Source: a virus (lineage: Duplodnaviria > Caudoviricetes). From it: a stretch of DNA of 64,000 nt. The stretch lies in IMG/VR virus record IMGVR_UViG_3300029305_005387; one strand, given 5' to 3'. Shown piece after piece: positions 9,522 to 20,444 of the stretch. The position numbers and the translations under genes were made by a program. Under the pieces are notes generated by a model. That model ran no database searches. It had not been told where the DNA came from and saw only the letters and a program-made list of their open reading frames with translations. How positions within the stretch are numbered: position 1 is the first letter of the stretch; each line of letters starts with the position of its first letter.

Positions 9522-11279
9522 TTAATCCTCCTTTATATATTTACCACCTCTAATCATCTTCCAAGATCCTTCAGTCGATGTAATATATCTGTTAAGATAA
9601 TTACAAATTTCAATTAATACATTTGGATCCTTAATTCTGACTAATGTTTCAATTCTCTTATTGAGTTTATTTGATACAAGATCTAGAGATCCAATATAAA
9701 TAGTAGGATTCATTCTTCCAAATGCATATAATCTTGAATGTTCTAATTTATCCCATACAACTGATTTGATTTTCACATTATCATTGATTTCTTCTGGTAT
9801 CCATGTACATACTCCGCGAATAATCAAATCAATGTTACATCCTGCAATTGCAGCTCTGTTCAGATAACTAATTATTTCTTCATCATCTAAAGCATTGCAT
9901 TTGATACAGATATATCCGTCTTCTTCCTTATCAGTTTCTTCTTTTATTAGTTGAATTAATCTATCCCTTGCATTATATCTGGTCACCAGAAGATCATTAC
10001 TAAATTCTTCATATTCTTCTGCATTCTTCGATAAAAGGTTGAATAATTTTTCAACCTGTCTACATATATCAGGATCAGCAGTCATCAACGAAAGATCTGT
10101 ATACTGAGAAGTGGTTTTAGTGTGATAATTTCCTGTACCGATTTGTACTATCGAATTACCATTATTAAATTTTACTAAAGTTAATTTGGCATGTACTTTT
10201 AATCTACCAGCTTCAAATGTGTATACTTTCACGCCGAGATTTTTTAACTCATTCATCCATAATTTATTAATTTTTTCACCAGTTGCAAATAATTCAATAT
10301 TAACATAAACTTTGATACCTTTTTCAATTGCCTCCTTAAGAACATAGAAAATCGAAGGATCTTTTCCAATTCTATAAAGAGTGAGATAAATCTTTTTTGT
10401 TTCCTTATTATCAACAGCTGATTTCAAGAAACTTAAATAATCATCAAATGAGTCATTAGGGAATTGAATTAACTTATCTTCATTGATTATATCCAGCATA
10501 TTAATGTTCTGAATCTTTTGTGTTTCTTTCTCTTTATTTTGAATATATCTTCCAATCATTTGAGAAATATCGCCAGTATAAATAAATGGATTAGAAATCA
10601 TTAAACAACTGCGACCAAATATAGCAGCTACACGTTTCATAGTTTCCGTAGGTCCATTATATTCAACTTTCGTTACAATGGTTGGATTTTTCAAAGCAGT
10701 AGTGACTTTTACAGCTACGACATCTTCTAAATCTAAATCACTCTTAATAAAATCTCGAATACAGTCATCGGTTTTATAAACGATTAATTGCTCTCCATTT
10801 TGGTATGTGATGGGATTATTGTAAACTTCTCGTTTAGGATCGACATGAGATACTGAAATACAATTATCTTTTATACCAATATAATATAATTGACCACTTT
10901 CAAATGGATAATTAAACATTCTGATATCTGGATAATATTGAGTAATTACTTGATTTTCAAGAGTTGTATTAATTGCAAATCTTCTTTCAAAACTATCCTG
11001 ACGAGTAAAAAATAGTTCTCTCTTTACTGAAATTGCATGTTGAATAATCATACTTACATTAGAAATATATTTATTCAAACATTTTACATAGTCATCCAGG
11101 ATTTCTGTAGTTCTATGCTTTTCAAATATTTCATTAGTATTAGACATGAATACCTCATTGAAGAATAATATTTCTTTCAGACTTTTCATATCATAAACAA
11201 TACCGTTCCTAGGTGTACCTTGATATAGAACTCGTTTATCGAATTCCATAAGGCTTTTAATAAATGAAATGTGATACAT
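9522..11279 (-). CDS. ppk1: Polyphosphate kinase 1
   Basis: TLYR, KVHAK (autophosphorylated His), GTGNY..T...YTD, KCNAL, IDLIIRGVC, LEHSR, YIGSLD...RIE motifs. Confidence 0.9.
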   Translation of the reverse strand: MYHISFIKSLMEFDKRVLYQGTPRNGIVYDMKSLKEILFFNEVFMSNTNEIFEKHRTTEILDDYVKCLNKYISNVSMIIQHAISVKRELFFTRQDSFERRFAINTTLENQVITQYYPDIRMFNYPFESGQLYYIGIKDNCISVSHVDPKREVYNNPITYQNGEQLIVYKTDDCIRDFIKSDLDLEDVVAVKVTTALKNPTIVTKVEYNGPTETMKRVAAIFGRSCLMISNPFIYTGDISQMIGRYIQNKEKETQKIQNINMLDIINEDKLIQFPNDSFDDYLSFLKSAVDNKETKKIYLTLYRIGKDPSIFYVLKEAIEKGIKVYVNIELFATGEKINKLWMNELKNLGVKVYTFEAGRLKVHAKLTLVKFNNGNSIVQIGTGNYHTKTTSQYTDLSLMTADPDICRQVEKLFNLLSKNAEEYEEFSNDLLVTRYNARDRLIQLIKEETDKEEDGYICIKCNALDDEEIISYLNRAAIAGCNIDLIIRGVCTWIPEEINDNVKIKSVVWDKLEHSRLYAFGRMNPTIYIGSLDLVSNKLNKRIETLVRIKDPNVLIEICNYLNRYITSTEGSWKMIRGGKYIKED

Positions 11280-11327
11280 AATTATTACCTCCTTTTATAA
11301 ATTAATAATATATAAATAAAAAGAAAA

Positions 11328-11358
11328 TGATACAGGAGTCCAATGGACTCCTGTATCA
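11328..11358. terminator. Intrinsic terminator hairpin
   Basis: TGATACAGGAGTCCA-A-TGGACTCCTGTATCA. Confidence 0.7.
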
Positions 11359-11364
11359 ACAATA

Positions 11365-11844
11365 TTATTTATTTGCTTCTTTATTCATTGATTCAAGTTT
11401 GATATTTTTTTCGATTGTACCTAGTTTAGATTTATATACTTCAAGTACACTATTATGAGCATTTACAATACCGATACACTCATTCAATGCTTTACCATAA
11501 TGATCAAATTGTTTTGTCAATTCTTCCTTTAGTAAAGAATCATACATCAGGATTGCATTGTGAGCTGATTGTGTCATTGCAATAACCATCATTTCTGACA
11601 ATTCTTTTGCACAATCTTCTCCAAATTTATCTGCAATATGATTAAAGCCTTTAACAAATGAAGGAAGCTTCATAATTTCTATACTTGTTTCTACAATTGC
11701 ATTGTATAATACGTAAGCAGGTTCCTGTTGTTCTTCTTCTGCTGTAGATCTTCCCTCTTTAACATCATCGGTTTGCTCTGAACTCTGTTTCATTTTATCT
11801 TTAAAAGATTCTAGATCTTTTATACTATCTTCTAGATTTGGCAT
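11365..11844 (-). CDS. Hypothetical protein
   Basis: 159-aa ORF overlapping the end of the RNAP gene. Confidence 0.65.
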   Translation of the reverse strand: MPNLEDSIKDLESFKDKMKQSSEQTDDVKEGRSTAEEEQQEPAYVLYNAIVETSIEIMKLPSFVKGFNHIADKFGEDCAKELSEMMVIAMTQSAHNAILMYDSLLKEELTKQFDHYGKALNECIGIVNAHNSVLEVYKSKLGTIEKNIKLESMNKEANK

Positions 11845-13978
11845 TTTTCAGTTTTCTCCTTTCTTGTACTTTCTTAGCTAATTCTTTAAGATGTGTAGTA
11901 TCAATCTTTTCTGCATACATGTGATCAAGATAAGAAGATCCATCTTTTTCCTCATATAAAGCGTCACTCAAGATCTGTCGTTTAAGTTCTTGATACGAGA
12001 AACCAATAGTAGGAGCCTTAGTATTCAGTAATGCTTGATTTAATGTAAGAATCTTGTACTCTGGTTTCTCAAATTTCAAGAAATCTGGTCTATGATAAAT
12101 ATCATTTGCATCACGGATAAGTCGGTTAAGAATTACTTCAGCTTGTACACAACGACAACGAATACCTGCACTGATCAATGTTTCAAAGAAATCCTGTGCA
12201 AGTTTACTGTAATCATCATATTTAGATGCATCCTTATTAAGAAGATTCATAATCATATAAAGATTATCTGTAAGACCATTATTCTTGATATCTATATTCA
12301 TCAAACGACCTTCAAGTTCACTTGATAATACATCAAATGGAATTTCATAATATTTCTTTCCACCCTCAGATTTCTTCTCTGCAACGATTTTAAATAACTT
12401 AATAGAAGCAGCATCAATAAACATAGATTCATAGTTAATAATCTCAATTGCTTCATAAGTTTTCGTTCTGGAATCATAGACATAGAAAGGACTTTCAATA
12501 TGATTACCAAATGTATTGTATTCTTGCATGTCATTATCATTAATAGCAAGAACGTTTCCTTCCTCAATACGAATACTAAGATGACCAGTGTTCAACTGCT
12601 GAGTATCATCAAATTCATCTTTGTCTTTAAGATAAATATCTCCAGAGGAATATTTAAAATACTTATGGAATGATTCAGAAAATCCAATCTTATTTGCTGC
12701 AGTGAATAATAAGTGTTTGGTAGAAAGAATATTTTGTGATACTGGTTCTGAATATACTTCAGTATTGAAAATTGCCATACCTGGCATATTCATTACAAGA
12801 TGACTATCTTTACCATAACATACGTGGCATACTTCATCCCCACATGCACACGTTAACAAAGATCTGATATGAATTTGTTTACCTATCAAATGTTTACAAT
12901 CTTCATAGTGAATGAGTTTCAATGGTTCACCGAGGTGTTCACAATACCATCTATTTTCAAGTCTATGTAAGAATGAGCTATCTGTTACAGTTAATGGTAG
13001 TAAATGTTTAGTACCACAATCAAATACAGTTTTAGACAGTGTTAGAGTTCTACTTGATAAAATTAAGTTACGAGAAAGATAACCAGCTTCACCCATATGA
13101 GCTTTATTCATAATTGCAGATAGACGAGCACCTGTAGCTGCAACATAATAGGTAGTCGCATCAATATAGCCTGTGGAGAATCCATTACCCTGCATTGTAT
13201 ATGGAATAACATTACCAGATACATCAGGAATCTGTCCATAAGACAAGAATAATTCTTGAACTTGTTTAGGTTTAATATGATTACCTGCTTTGGAAATATA
13301 CCAAATAGGATTTTTCGTTTCACCCAATGCAGAAATCAATTCATTCGTTTTCTGACGTAATAAATCTTCTACTTCTGCTGTTTGCAATGATTGAGGAATT
13401 TCCAGATTATTTAATTCTCTAATCTTTTCAGAATTCTTATAGTCATTTAAGAATACTGATTCAAATGTCATTATACTTGCACTTGATGTTAGAGAAAATT
13501 CAATTGATGCTTCTTGATATCTTTCAATCATTACTTTTAACAACTCTGAACATCTCTCAAACGGAATGCCGTATTCATTTAGTACGGCTAATACTTTAGA
13601 TTCCAAACCAACACGAAGTTTATCACTCATCATAATACCAATGATGAATGATTCATCCAAGACTTCAATTTGTTTTCGATAATATTTCTGAACTTCATTC
13701 AATTCAATAAGTGGACGCCAAGCATTCAAATTAAGCATGAACTTAGGCATTGATAACTCAAAGATTTGATCATCCTCTTGATAAAATTTAAATTTGATTT
13801 TGTGACTAACACATTCAGGAATTTCAATACATGCACAAATAGCATAGTATACTTTGTAATACAAGTCATCGAATTCTTCATATGTTCTGAGTTTTGATAT
13901 TACTATCAAATCAGGAAACTCTCGTTCACAATCTGCTACTGTCCTGATAACTGGTAATTGATACATTACTGATTCCAT
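11825..13978 (-). CDS. Multisubunit RNA polymerase beta' C-terminal part (probably non-virion RNAP)
   Basis: Bridge-helix region GARLSAIMNKAHMGEAGYLSRNL, DCGT, RSLLTC...VCHVCYG Zn site, EPVSQNILSTKH trigger-loop region; preceded by an early-type motif at 14044-14052. Confidence 0.85.
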   Translation of the reverse strand: MESVMYQLPVIRTVADCEREFPDLIVISKLRTYEEFDDLYYKVYYAICACIEIPECVSHKIKFKFYQEDDQIFELSMPKFMLNLNAWRPLIELNEVQKYYRKQIEVLDESFIIGIMMSDKLRVGLESKVLAVLNEYGIPFERCSELLKVMIERYQEASIEFSLTSSASIMTFESVFLNDYKNSEKIRELNNLEIPQSLQTAEVEDLLRQKTNELISALGETKNPIWYISKAGNHIKPKQVQELFLSYGQIPDVSGNVIPYTMQGNGFSTGYIDATTYYVAATGARLSAIMNKAHMGEAGYLSRNLILSSRTLTLSKTVFDCGTKHLLPLTVTDSSFLHRLENRWYCEHLGEPLKLIHYEDCKHLIGKQIHIRSLLTCACGDEVCHVCYGKDSHLVMNMPGMAIFNTEVYSEPVSQNILSTKHLLFTAANKIGFSESFHKYFKYSSGDIYLKDKDEFDDTQQLNTGHLSIRIEEGNVLAINDNDMQEYNTFGNHIESPFYVYDSRTKTYEAIEIINYESMFIDAASIKLFKIVAEKKSEGGKKYYEIPFDVLSSELEGRLMNIDIKNNGLTDNLYMIMNLLNKDASKYDDYSKLAQDFFETLISAGIRCRCVQAEVILNRLIRDANDIYHRPDFLKFEKPEYKILTLNQALLNTKAPTIGFSYQELKRQILSDALYEEKDGSSYLDHMYAEKIDTTHLKELAKKVQERRKLKNAKSRR

Positions 13979-14067
13979 ATACCATCAACCTCCTATGTTA
14001 AATATTTCATATAAAGTATATAAATTTCGTTATACACCTAGTAAAAATATATCATTAAAATAAAACA

Positions 14068-14100
14068 ATAAAGGAGTGGGTATAATACCCACTCCTTTAT
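14068..14100. terminator. Intrinsic terminator hairpin
   Basis: ATAAAGGAGTGGGTAT-A-ATACCCACTCCTTTAT. Confidence 0.7.
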
Positions 14101-14101
14101 C

Positions 14102-14581
14102 TTATTTGCTATTCGGATTATTAATAGGCTTGAAAGATTGATTGGATTTCTGTTCAGTTTTGTTTTCTACCTGTGTTTCTTTTGTTTCTTCTTTTTTTGT
14201 AGAGTTGTCACTTTTGACTTCCTCCTTTGTTTCAACAGTTTCTACCTGTTTATTTTTATTCTGCTGAACAGGAGGTACCGGATTACTTACAGGAACATTA
14301 CGTACTTCTGGAGTTACCGGAGAAGATTTTACTGGCTGAGTAACAGTTGGTTTACTTGCAACTTTTTTCTGCACTCCATATGTATTCCACATCTTCTGAA
14401 GATTACCATTCGTCAATGGAATTAATTTTCCTGTAGCTGGATTTAACATATTTACTTTGAAAGTACCAGTAGCAAGAATTAACTTGATGAGATTTAGATC
14501 AGCATCAAATGGGGTTTTACGAGGTGCAATACCATGACCTCTTGGAATAAGTCCTTTACCTAAAACTTGAATTTTTAACAT
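14102..14581 (-). CDS. Hypothetical protein with low-complexity C-terminus
   Basis: 159-aa ORF with AAAGGAG RBS. Confidence 0.65.
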   Translation of the reverse strand: MLKIQVLGKGLIPRGHGIAPRKTPFDADLNLIKLILATGTFKVNMLNPATGKLIPLTNGNLQKMWNTYGVQKKVASKPTVTQPVKSSPVTPEVRNVPVSNPVPPVQQNKNKQVETVETKEEVKSDNSTKKEETKETQVENKTEQKSNQSFKPINNPNSK

Positions 14582-14599
14582 TGTAATTATCTCCTTTCA

Positions 14600-15325
14600 T
14601 TATTCAAATAATTCTGCAGATGTTTTTGGCAAAATATAAGTAGGTGTAACAAGATCTGAATGTAGTCCCATTGATAATAAAAAGGTATTGACAGTATTAA
14701 GGGTGATTTTATTCGTAGGAAGATTCTCTAATTCATCCAACATAACATAACCTTTATCAGCAATACTTTTATTCATTTGACGTTTCATAACAGGGTCATC
14801 TGATCTTGGTCCATGAAGTTCTTGAAGAATTTTATCTGCTCCTAAAGCAACAAGCATTGATGCTTCGATATCACTATCTCTAGCATTCTTATCTTTATTA
14901 ACAACCTGACCTGTTAATGCAGATGTCTTTTCATTAGAAGTAGATAGTCCATTCTTCTTATGCAAAAGTTGTTGTGTACGTTTAACGTTAATATATCCAA
15001 CTAAACACTTCTCTTTAGAAACAACCACTCGTTTTTTGTCCATAGTTAAATGAGGCATGTATATATATTCCATGAGTGGGAATCCAATTACTTTAGCAGC
15101 TTTTTCACAATATTCCATTTTTAGATCATGTTCAAATTCTACTATATCTAATGAGAAATTTTCATTCTCATCTTTTAAAAAGTCTTTCATAAACTTTTCA
15201 AATTGTGTGTCATTCATATCACTAAACATAGCCCGATATTTATCACTATTAGTCCCAGATGGATCTAATGCATCAAATGTATCATAAATAAGTTTTTCAA
15301 TATAAGCACGATTAGTTACAGCCAT
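14600..15325 (-). CDS. RNA polymerase beta C-terminal fragment (probably virion RNAP)
   Basis: GYINVKRTQQLLHKK, LTGQV, RDSDIEASMLVALGA..ILQELHGPRSDD parallel the RpoB C-terminal GEME.WAL.AYGA...LQE....KSDD region. Confidence 0.8.
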   Translation of the reverse strand: MAVTNRAYIEKLIYDTFDALDPSGTNSDKYRAMFSDMNDTQFEKFMKDFLKDENENFSLDIVEFEHDLKMEYCEKAAKVIGFPLMEYIYMPHLTMDKKRVVVSKEKCLVGYINVKRTQQLLHKKNGLSTSNEKTSALTGQVVNKDKNARDSDIEASMLVALGADKILQELHGPRSDDPVMKRQMNKSIADKGYVMLDELENLPTNKITLNTVNTFLLSMGLHSDLVTPTYILPKTSAELFE

Positions 15326-15351
15326 AAACTACTTCCTCCTTTCTTCATTTA

Positions 15352-15819
15352 CTATTGTGCAGTAACATTATAAATCATTTCATTCATTTCATCATATGTT
15401 ATACCAATTAAATACCTATTTGAATATGCAAGTTTATCACTCTTATATCCAACTGGGTATTGCTCTTTACCCTCAATATGAATCATTAATGATGGTTGAT
15501 GATTATAAATTGTTTTTCTAATATCAAGTGTACCAGCACTCATATAAGTTCCCAGCATAGCACATTGTTCTGTAATCTGAGATTTTAAATCATCTTCATT
15601 TATTTCATCATAAAAAGAATAAAGCTTGGTTTCAATATCTAAACCAATTTGAGGGATTGATGGATATGAACCAGGCTTTGAAAATAAAACAAATAAGAGT
15701 ACATCTTTAATTGTTTCGATCTCGCTTCTAATTCTAGGTTCATTAAATTTATTAAGTTCAAAAGTTGTATCATAACCAACAGAACCAATTGCATAGTTGG
15801 CACCCATTAAATATCCCAC
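15352..15819 (-). CDS. Baseplate wedge protein, gp25-like
   Basis: LLFVLFSKPGSYPSIPQIGLDI..KLY fits the gp25/GPW T..GER...P.FG pattern. Confidence 0.6.
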   Translation of the reverse strand: MGYLMGANYAIGSVGYDTTFELNKFNEPRIRSEIETIKDVLLFVLFSKPGSYPSIPQIGLDIETKLYSFYDEINEDDLKSQITEQCAMLGTYMSAGTLDIRKTIYNHQPSLMIHIEGKEQYPVGYKSDKLAYSNRYLIGITYDEMNEMIYNVTAQ

Positions 15820-15883
15820 CTTTCTTAATCTTTTATAAAAACTTATATCCTAGTTTCTCATGTTACTAAATCAAAAAATAAAA

Positions 15884-15919
15884 AAAATAAAGAGGTGGAA
15901 ATTTCCACCTCTTTATTTT
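15884..15919. terminator. Palindromic terminator
   Basis: AAAATAAAGAGGTGGAAA/TTTCCACCTCTTTATTTT. Confidence 0.7.
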
Positions 15920-15936
15920 ACAGATATTTTATTAAA

Positions 15937-16647
15937 TTAGTCAGCAGAGAACATACTCATGTCATCAAGATCAACAGTATCAGGAATGTCATCATTGATT
16001 TCATTTACATCATCGATATCTACATTTACATCTACATCAACATTATCGTCATCCTTCTTCTTATTGTAAATATAGATACCAGCTGCAACTCCACCTACTA
16101 CCAGAACTGTTACGCCACCAATGATAAGAGTCTTCTTAAAGTTGTAATCCTTTCTTGCATCTTCGCCCATTGCGGCAAGAGTGATACAGTCCATAGCAGT
16201 GAGAGGAATGTCAAGAATAGTTGCATTGTCTCCAGCAAAGATATTCTTCAGTTCCTTGTTTTTTGCTTTAGTAATCATAGGAACTACCCCATTTACTCTA
16301 AGACCATTTGCAGGAATACCCATATCATCATCTGTAGCAACCTGAGCTGCTTCAAGTGCTTCAAGATACACATTTTCTACATTTCTGATAAAATCATCAA
16401 CGATTGTACAAATTTCACTAACCTGCTTCTTAGAAGGAAGAGGTTTGTTGAACTTGATCTTAGTTTCATTCTTCTTATTGGTGGTAAACTCTGCACCACA
16501 AAGAGTTTCAACTAAGACCATGTTCAGTTGATAACGCTTTGCGTCATAAGCCTGATTGTTTACGCCTGCAGGATTGGAAACCATTGTTTTGATTTCGTTA
16601 ACGATGTTACTAATAGTTGTGATTCTTTCTTTTACAGTATTTTTCAT
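15937..16647 (-). CDS. Membrane-anchored hypothetical protein
   Basis: Start moved to ATG 16647 (AGGAG RBS); hydrophobic LIIGGVTVLVVGGVAAGIYIY followed by an acidic tail. Confidence 0.65.
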   Translation of the reverse strand: MKNTVKERITTISNIVNEIKTMVSNPAGVNNQAYDAKRYQLNMVLVETLCGAEFTTNKKNETKIKFNKPLPSKKQVSEICTIVDDFIRNVENVYLEALEAAQVATDDDMGIPANGLRVNGVVPMITKAKNKELKNIFAGDNATILDIPLTAMDCITLAAMGEDARKDYNFKKTLIIGGVTVLVVGGVAAGIYIYNKKKDDDNVDVDVNVDIDDVNEINDDIPDTVDLDDMSMFSAD

Positions 16648-16666
16648 AATAAATACATCTCCTTTT

Positions 16667-17032
16667 TTAAATAAATTCTTTGACAATTGTAATGATCTCA
16701 GCAATATGATCCATACTCTGAGAAATTTTCTTTTCCCTAACTTTTCCTTCTATATTCCATTTTTTCTTAATGAAATTATAACCCAGGTCAAGTTTAAATG
16801 TATCTGAACTCAGCATTTCTCTACCTCGTATCGATACACGTATGTTGCTCAGACCATCTAAGCTTGGGAAAGTATATTTATCGATAACAAGGTCAATCGG
16901 TTTCTCAACATTTTCATTGAGAACTTTCATTTTTAATCTAGCCTGCTGGTTTGGTGCTAGATTAATTCGTAGATCTGAAATCAACGGTTTCTTATCTACT
17001 TGAATAACTCCAGAGGGGAAATCAATAAGCAT
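16667..17032 (-). CDS. Hypothetical protein
   Basis: 121-aa ORF with RBS; early-type motif at 17098-17106. Confidence 0.6.
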   Translation of the reverse strand: MLIDFPSGVIQVDKKPLISDLRINLAPNQQARLKMKVLNENVEKPIDLVIDKYTFPSLDGLSNIRVSIRGREMLSSDTFKLDLGYNFIKKKWNIEGKVREKKISQSMDHIAEIITIVKEFI

Positions 17033-17129
17033 AATACATCATCTCCTTTCTCCATATTTTATTAATTTTGAGATTATTCTTATTCCCTTCTACGCTAATA
17101 ATATATCTCTGAAAAAGTGAGATATGCGT

Positions 17130-17882
17130 TTATGCATATGATTTTAAACAATCATAAATTTTCTGTACAACAGGAATATCATCTACATAACCACCAACAC
17201 ATCTAACATCTTTATTCTTCTTAATATTATTGATAAATAAAACGAAGATATTATAAATTTCAGTATATAAATCCACCATTTTATTCGTACTACGATAATG
17301 TCCAAGTGATAGTAGATGTTGTGAATTGAAATCTTTATCCTTTGAAGTGATTCCATTAGATATAGCTAATTCATTAAGAAACTGGAAATCAGGATCTTTA
17401 TCAAAACCAGCACATGTCATAATATGCATTATAGCTTCATGAATACTTAAAGATTCTCCGATGTAAAGGTTAATTACATTATTAATGTTTTCACATACGA
17501 TAGTATTATGATTATTAAATTTCTGATATGACTGTAATCTTTCAATAGCATCATTTGGATTAATAAATCTACATATCTCAGTAATAAACCCATTATCAAG
17601 AAGATTAATTACATAAAATTTATTATCTTCTATACTTAGTACATATTTTGGTTGATTACTTAATTTTTTACTAACAGGAACATCACCCAGGTAAAATTTT
17701 CCTTCTTTGTCAGTAATACAGAATAATACATTTGGATCTCGTGGAACCTCCATCCGATCATAGAAATTCTGTGGCATAAATGCAGTTCTTTTAACATAGT
17801 GACCGGCACTCATTAACGAGTTACTAATATCAATACCAGTTATTCTTAATGGATTATTAATATCATTATCAGTTGATTTCAT
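17130..17882 (-). CDS. Hypothetical protein
   Basis: 250-aa ORF; early-type motif at 17922-17930. Confidence 0.6.
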   Translation of the reverse strand: MKSTDNDINNPLRITGIDISNSLMSAGHYVKRTAFMPQNFYDRMEVPRDPNVLFCITDKEGKFYLGDVPVSKKLSNQPKYVLSIEDNKFYVINLLDNGFITEICRFINPNDAIERLQSYQKFNNHNTIVCENINNVINLYIGESLSIHEAIMHIMTCAGFDKDPDFQFLNELAISNGITSKDKDFNSQHLLSLGHYRSTNKMVDLYTEIYNIFVLFINNIKKNKDVRCVGGYVDDIPVVQKIYDCLKSYA

Positions 17883-17921
17883 ATATGTATCCTACCTTTC
17901 ATATTAATTAATTTCAATAGT

Positions 17922-17965
17922 ATAATATATCATTTTGTCAGAAATAAACATTAATTATATATTCT
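17922..17965. promoter_or_regulatory. Divergent pair of candidate early promoters (ATATATTAT on minus, ATATATTCT on plus)
   Basis: Two of 15 intergenic copies of the motif, each oriented toward a downstream gene. Confidence 0.55.
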
Positions 17966-18026
17966 TAGAATAATGAAATAACAAAAGAATGATAACAATT
18001 CTTTTTAGAAAAGGAGATGTAAAATT

Positions 18027-20378
18027 ATGCAATTTAGCGAAAAATTTATTGACAAGAATATCTCTGACTTAGTCAAGATGTATGACCTTGTCCACAGTAG
18101 TAATGTAAATCTGGCACGTACCAGTACTGATCTTATAGATGGTCTGAAACTAGTACAACGAAGGACATTGTACATCATGTATCTGAAAGATCAAGGAAAG
18201 AAATTCCGTAAAGTAGAAACTATCGGTGGTGATGTATTAGGTAGAGCACATCCTCACTCTTCTGATAGTATTAAAGATGCATTAGTCATTATTGCTCAAG
18301 AATGGAAAAATATTATTCCTCTTATTGAATCTTATGGAAATTTTGGTAGCCCTTCAGGTGACCCAGCAGGTGCAGGTCGTTATATTCAGGCTAGATTATC
18401 AGATTATGCTCAGGCATGTTTCTTTGATGATTGGAAAGATTCCATTGTTGATATGGAAATGTCTTATGATGAAGAAACAATGTTACCTAAATATTTACCT
18501 GCTAAGTATCCTAATGTCTTACTAAACGGATGTCTTGGCATTGGCCATATGGGTATTTCATTTAATATACCTGCATACAATTTCAGAGAAGTAGTTGAAG
18601 CAACTATCAATCTGATGATGAATCCAAATGCAAAGATTGTGTTAATTCCGGATAGTCCTACAGGTGCTGATATTATTGAAACTGACTTTGTTTCTTTATG
18701 TGATAGAGGTAATGGTTCATATATGCAGAGATGTACATATGACATTGATGCTGAAAATAATATTATTACCATCACAAGTCTTCCTCATCTTGTAACAGCT
18801 TTTGCAGTAAGAGAAAAGATTTCTGATATTAAAGAATCTGGAGGGTTACATGAACTTCTTGATATGAATGATTTATCTGGAAAGAGTATTGAAATCCAAT
18901 TAGTAATCAGAGATGATGTTAATCCATATAAATTCATGAAGAAGTTAATATCTATGATTCCTGGCTTAGAAAGATCTTATCCAGTAAATATTACAGTAAC
19001 AAACAATCTTCGATCTGTAGATTATTCTATCAAACAGCTTTTACTGGATTGGATTCAGTGGAGAAGAGAACAAAAGAGAACTGTCGTAAGTAATAAACGT
19101 ACGACTCTTTTATCAGAGCAGCGTGTAAACGATGTTAAAATCTTTATTATGAATCCGGAAAATAGAGACGCAACTTTGAAGATTTATTCTGGAGGTAAAA
19201 ATGGTGCAACTATTGAAAAGGAACTGATTGAAAGATATAAAAATACTGAAATCAGAATGGATTCTTTACAAGCAAGAGCATTATCTAATATGAGACTTGT
19301 AGACTTCTGTCAAGAGGCATATGAGAAATGTTTGGAAAAGAAAGAAGAACTTGATAAAGAGCTGAAAAACATTGATGCAACTTTAAATACAGAAAATGGC
19401 ATCGATAAACTTATCATTGCAGAGTTGCGTGATGGTATGAAACGTTTTGGAACACCTCGTCGTTCTAATGTAGTACCTCATAAGATTTCTGTAAAGAATG
19501 AAACTGAAGGATTCTGTATTTTACAATTATCTTCTGATGGAATGATTATTCGTAAAACGGCTACTAATGCTGAAGAAGAACCTATTCCAACTGACAGTAA
19601 TGGATTTGCATGTTTAGTAGACAATGACAGCTCATTTATTCTTGTAGACTCGAATGGATATCATACATTTATTCGTGTTAATGAATTACCAATAGATTCT
19701 GAAGTACCTGTATGGAGATATTCTAAGAGACCCCTTGAAGGAAATATTGTTGCTATGTTGCCTGCAGAAATTGAATCTGACAGATATTGTACTTTGATTT
19801 CTAAGAAAGGTATTGTAAAGAGAGTAATGATTTCTGATATTGGTCCTTCTAAGAAACCAATTATTGCAATGGATAAAGATGATAAGTTGATAAGAGGAGT
19901 TATCTTAAGATCTAAATCTAAAAAGGAATTATTAGTATATACCAAAAATGGAATGGGTCAAAGATTGGATCCTAATTCTATTAGAATCACATCTCCATCA
20001 GCAAAAGGTGTAAGTGGATTTAAACTCACAAAAGATGATGAGATCGTTGGTGTATATGCAATATCTCCAGAAGCAAATGCATATCTATTGTATGTAACCA
20101 CAAAGGGTAAAATGAGATTAAACGTAATTAATTATTTACCAACAAGAAATTCTAAACATGATTCTATGTTGCAGTTAATTTCTCTCAATGATCGTGATAA
20201 GTTGGTAGCAGTAGTAGGTTGTAATAAACTTGATAAGGTTTGTGTATTTTATGATGATCAAACATCAGAAATTGTTGATCTCTCTTTAATGGAAGAATCC
20301 ACAATGAGTAGCGAACCTAAGAAAGTTACAACCAAAAATGCTGTAAGTAATAACATCATTAAAGTAAAACTTGTATAA
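18027..20378 (+). CDS. gyrA: Type II topoisomerase / DNA gyrase subunit A
   Basis: DGLKLVQRR, HPHSSDS, GNFGS..GDPAGAGRY (catalytic Tyr), P..LLNG..GI, C-terminal pinwheel repeats. Confidence 0.92.
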   Translation: MQFSEKFIDKNISDLVKMYDLVHSSNVNLARTSTDLIDGLKLVQRRTLYIMYLKDQGKKFRKVETIGGDVLGRAHPHSSDSIKDALVIIAQEWKNIIPLIESYGNFGSPSGDPAGAGRYIQARLSDYAQACFFDDWKDSIVDMEMSYDEETMLPKYLPAKYPNVLLNGCLGIGHMGISFNIPAYNFREVVEATINLMMNPNAKIVLIPDSPTGADIIETDFVSLCDRGNGSYMQRCTYDIDAENNIITITSLPHLVTAFAVREKISDIKESGGLHELLDMNDLSGKSIEIQLVIRDDVNPYKFMKKLISMIPGLERSYPVNITVTNNLRSVDYSIKQLLLDWIQWRREQKRTVVSNKRTTLLSEQRVNDVKIFIMNPENRDATLKIYSGGKNGATIEKELIERYKNTEIRMDSLQARALSNMRLVDFCQEAYEKCLEKKEELDKELKNIDATLNTENGIDKLIIAELRDGMKRFGTPRRSNVVPHKISVKNETEGFCILQLSSDGMIIRKTATNAEEEPIPTDSNGFACLVDNDSSFILVDSNGYHTFIRVNELPIDSEVPVWRYSKRPLEGNIVAMLPAEIESDRYCTLISKKGIVKRVMISDIGPSKKPIIAMDKDDKLIRGVILRSKSKKELLVYTKNGMGQRLDPNSIRITSPSAKGVSGFKLTKDDEIVGVYAISPEANAYLLYVTTKGKMRLNVINYLPTRNSKHDSMLQLISLNDRDKLVAVVGCNKLDKVCVFYDDQTSEIVDLSLMEESTMSSEPKKVTTKNAVSNNIIKVKLV

Positions 20379-20381
20379 ACA

Positions 20382-20411
20382 AAACAGGAGGGAAATATTT
20401 CCCTCCTGTTT
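20382..20411. terminator. Palindromic terminator
   Basis: AAACAGGAGGGAAAT/ATTTCCCTCCTGTTT. Confidence 0.65.
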
Positions 20412-20444
20412 ATATATTCTAAATGAAGAAAGGAGATTAACAAA

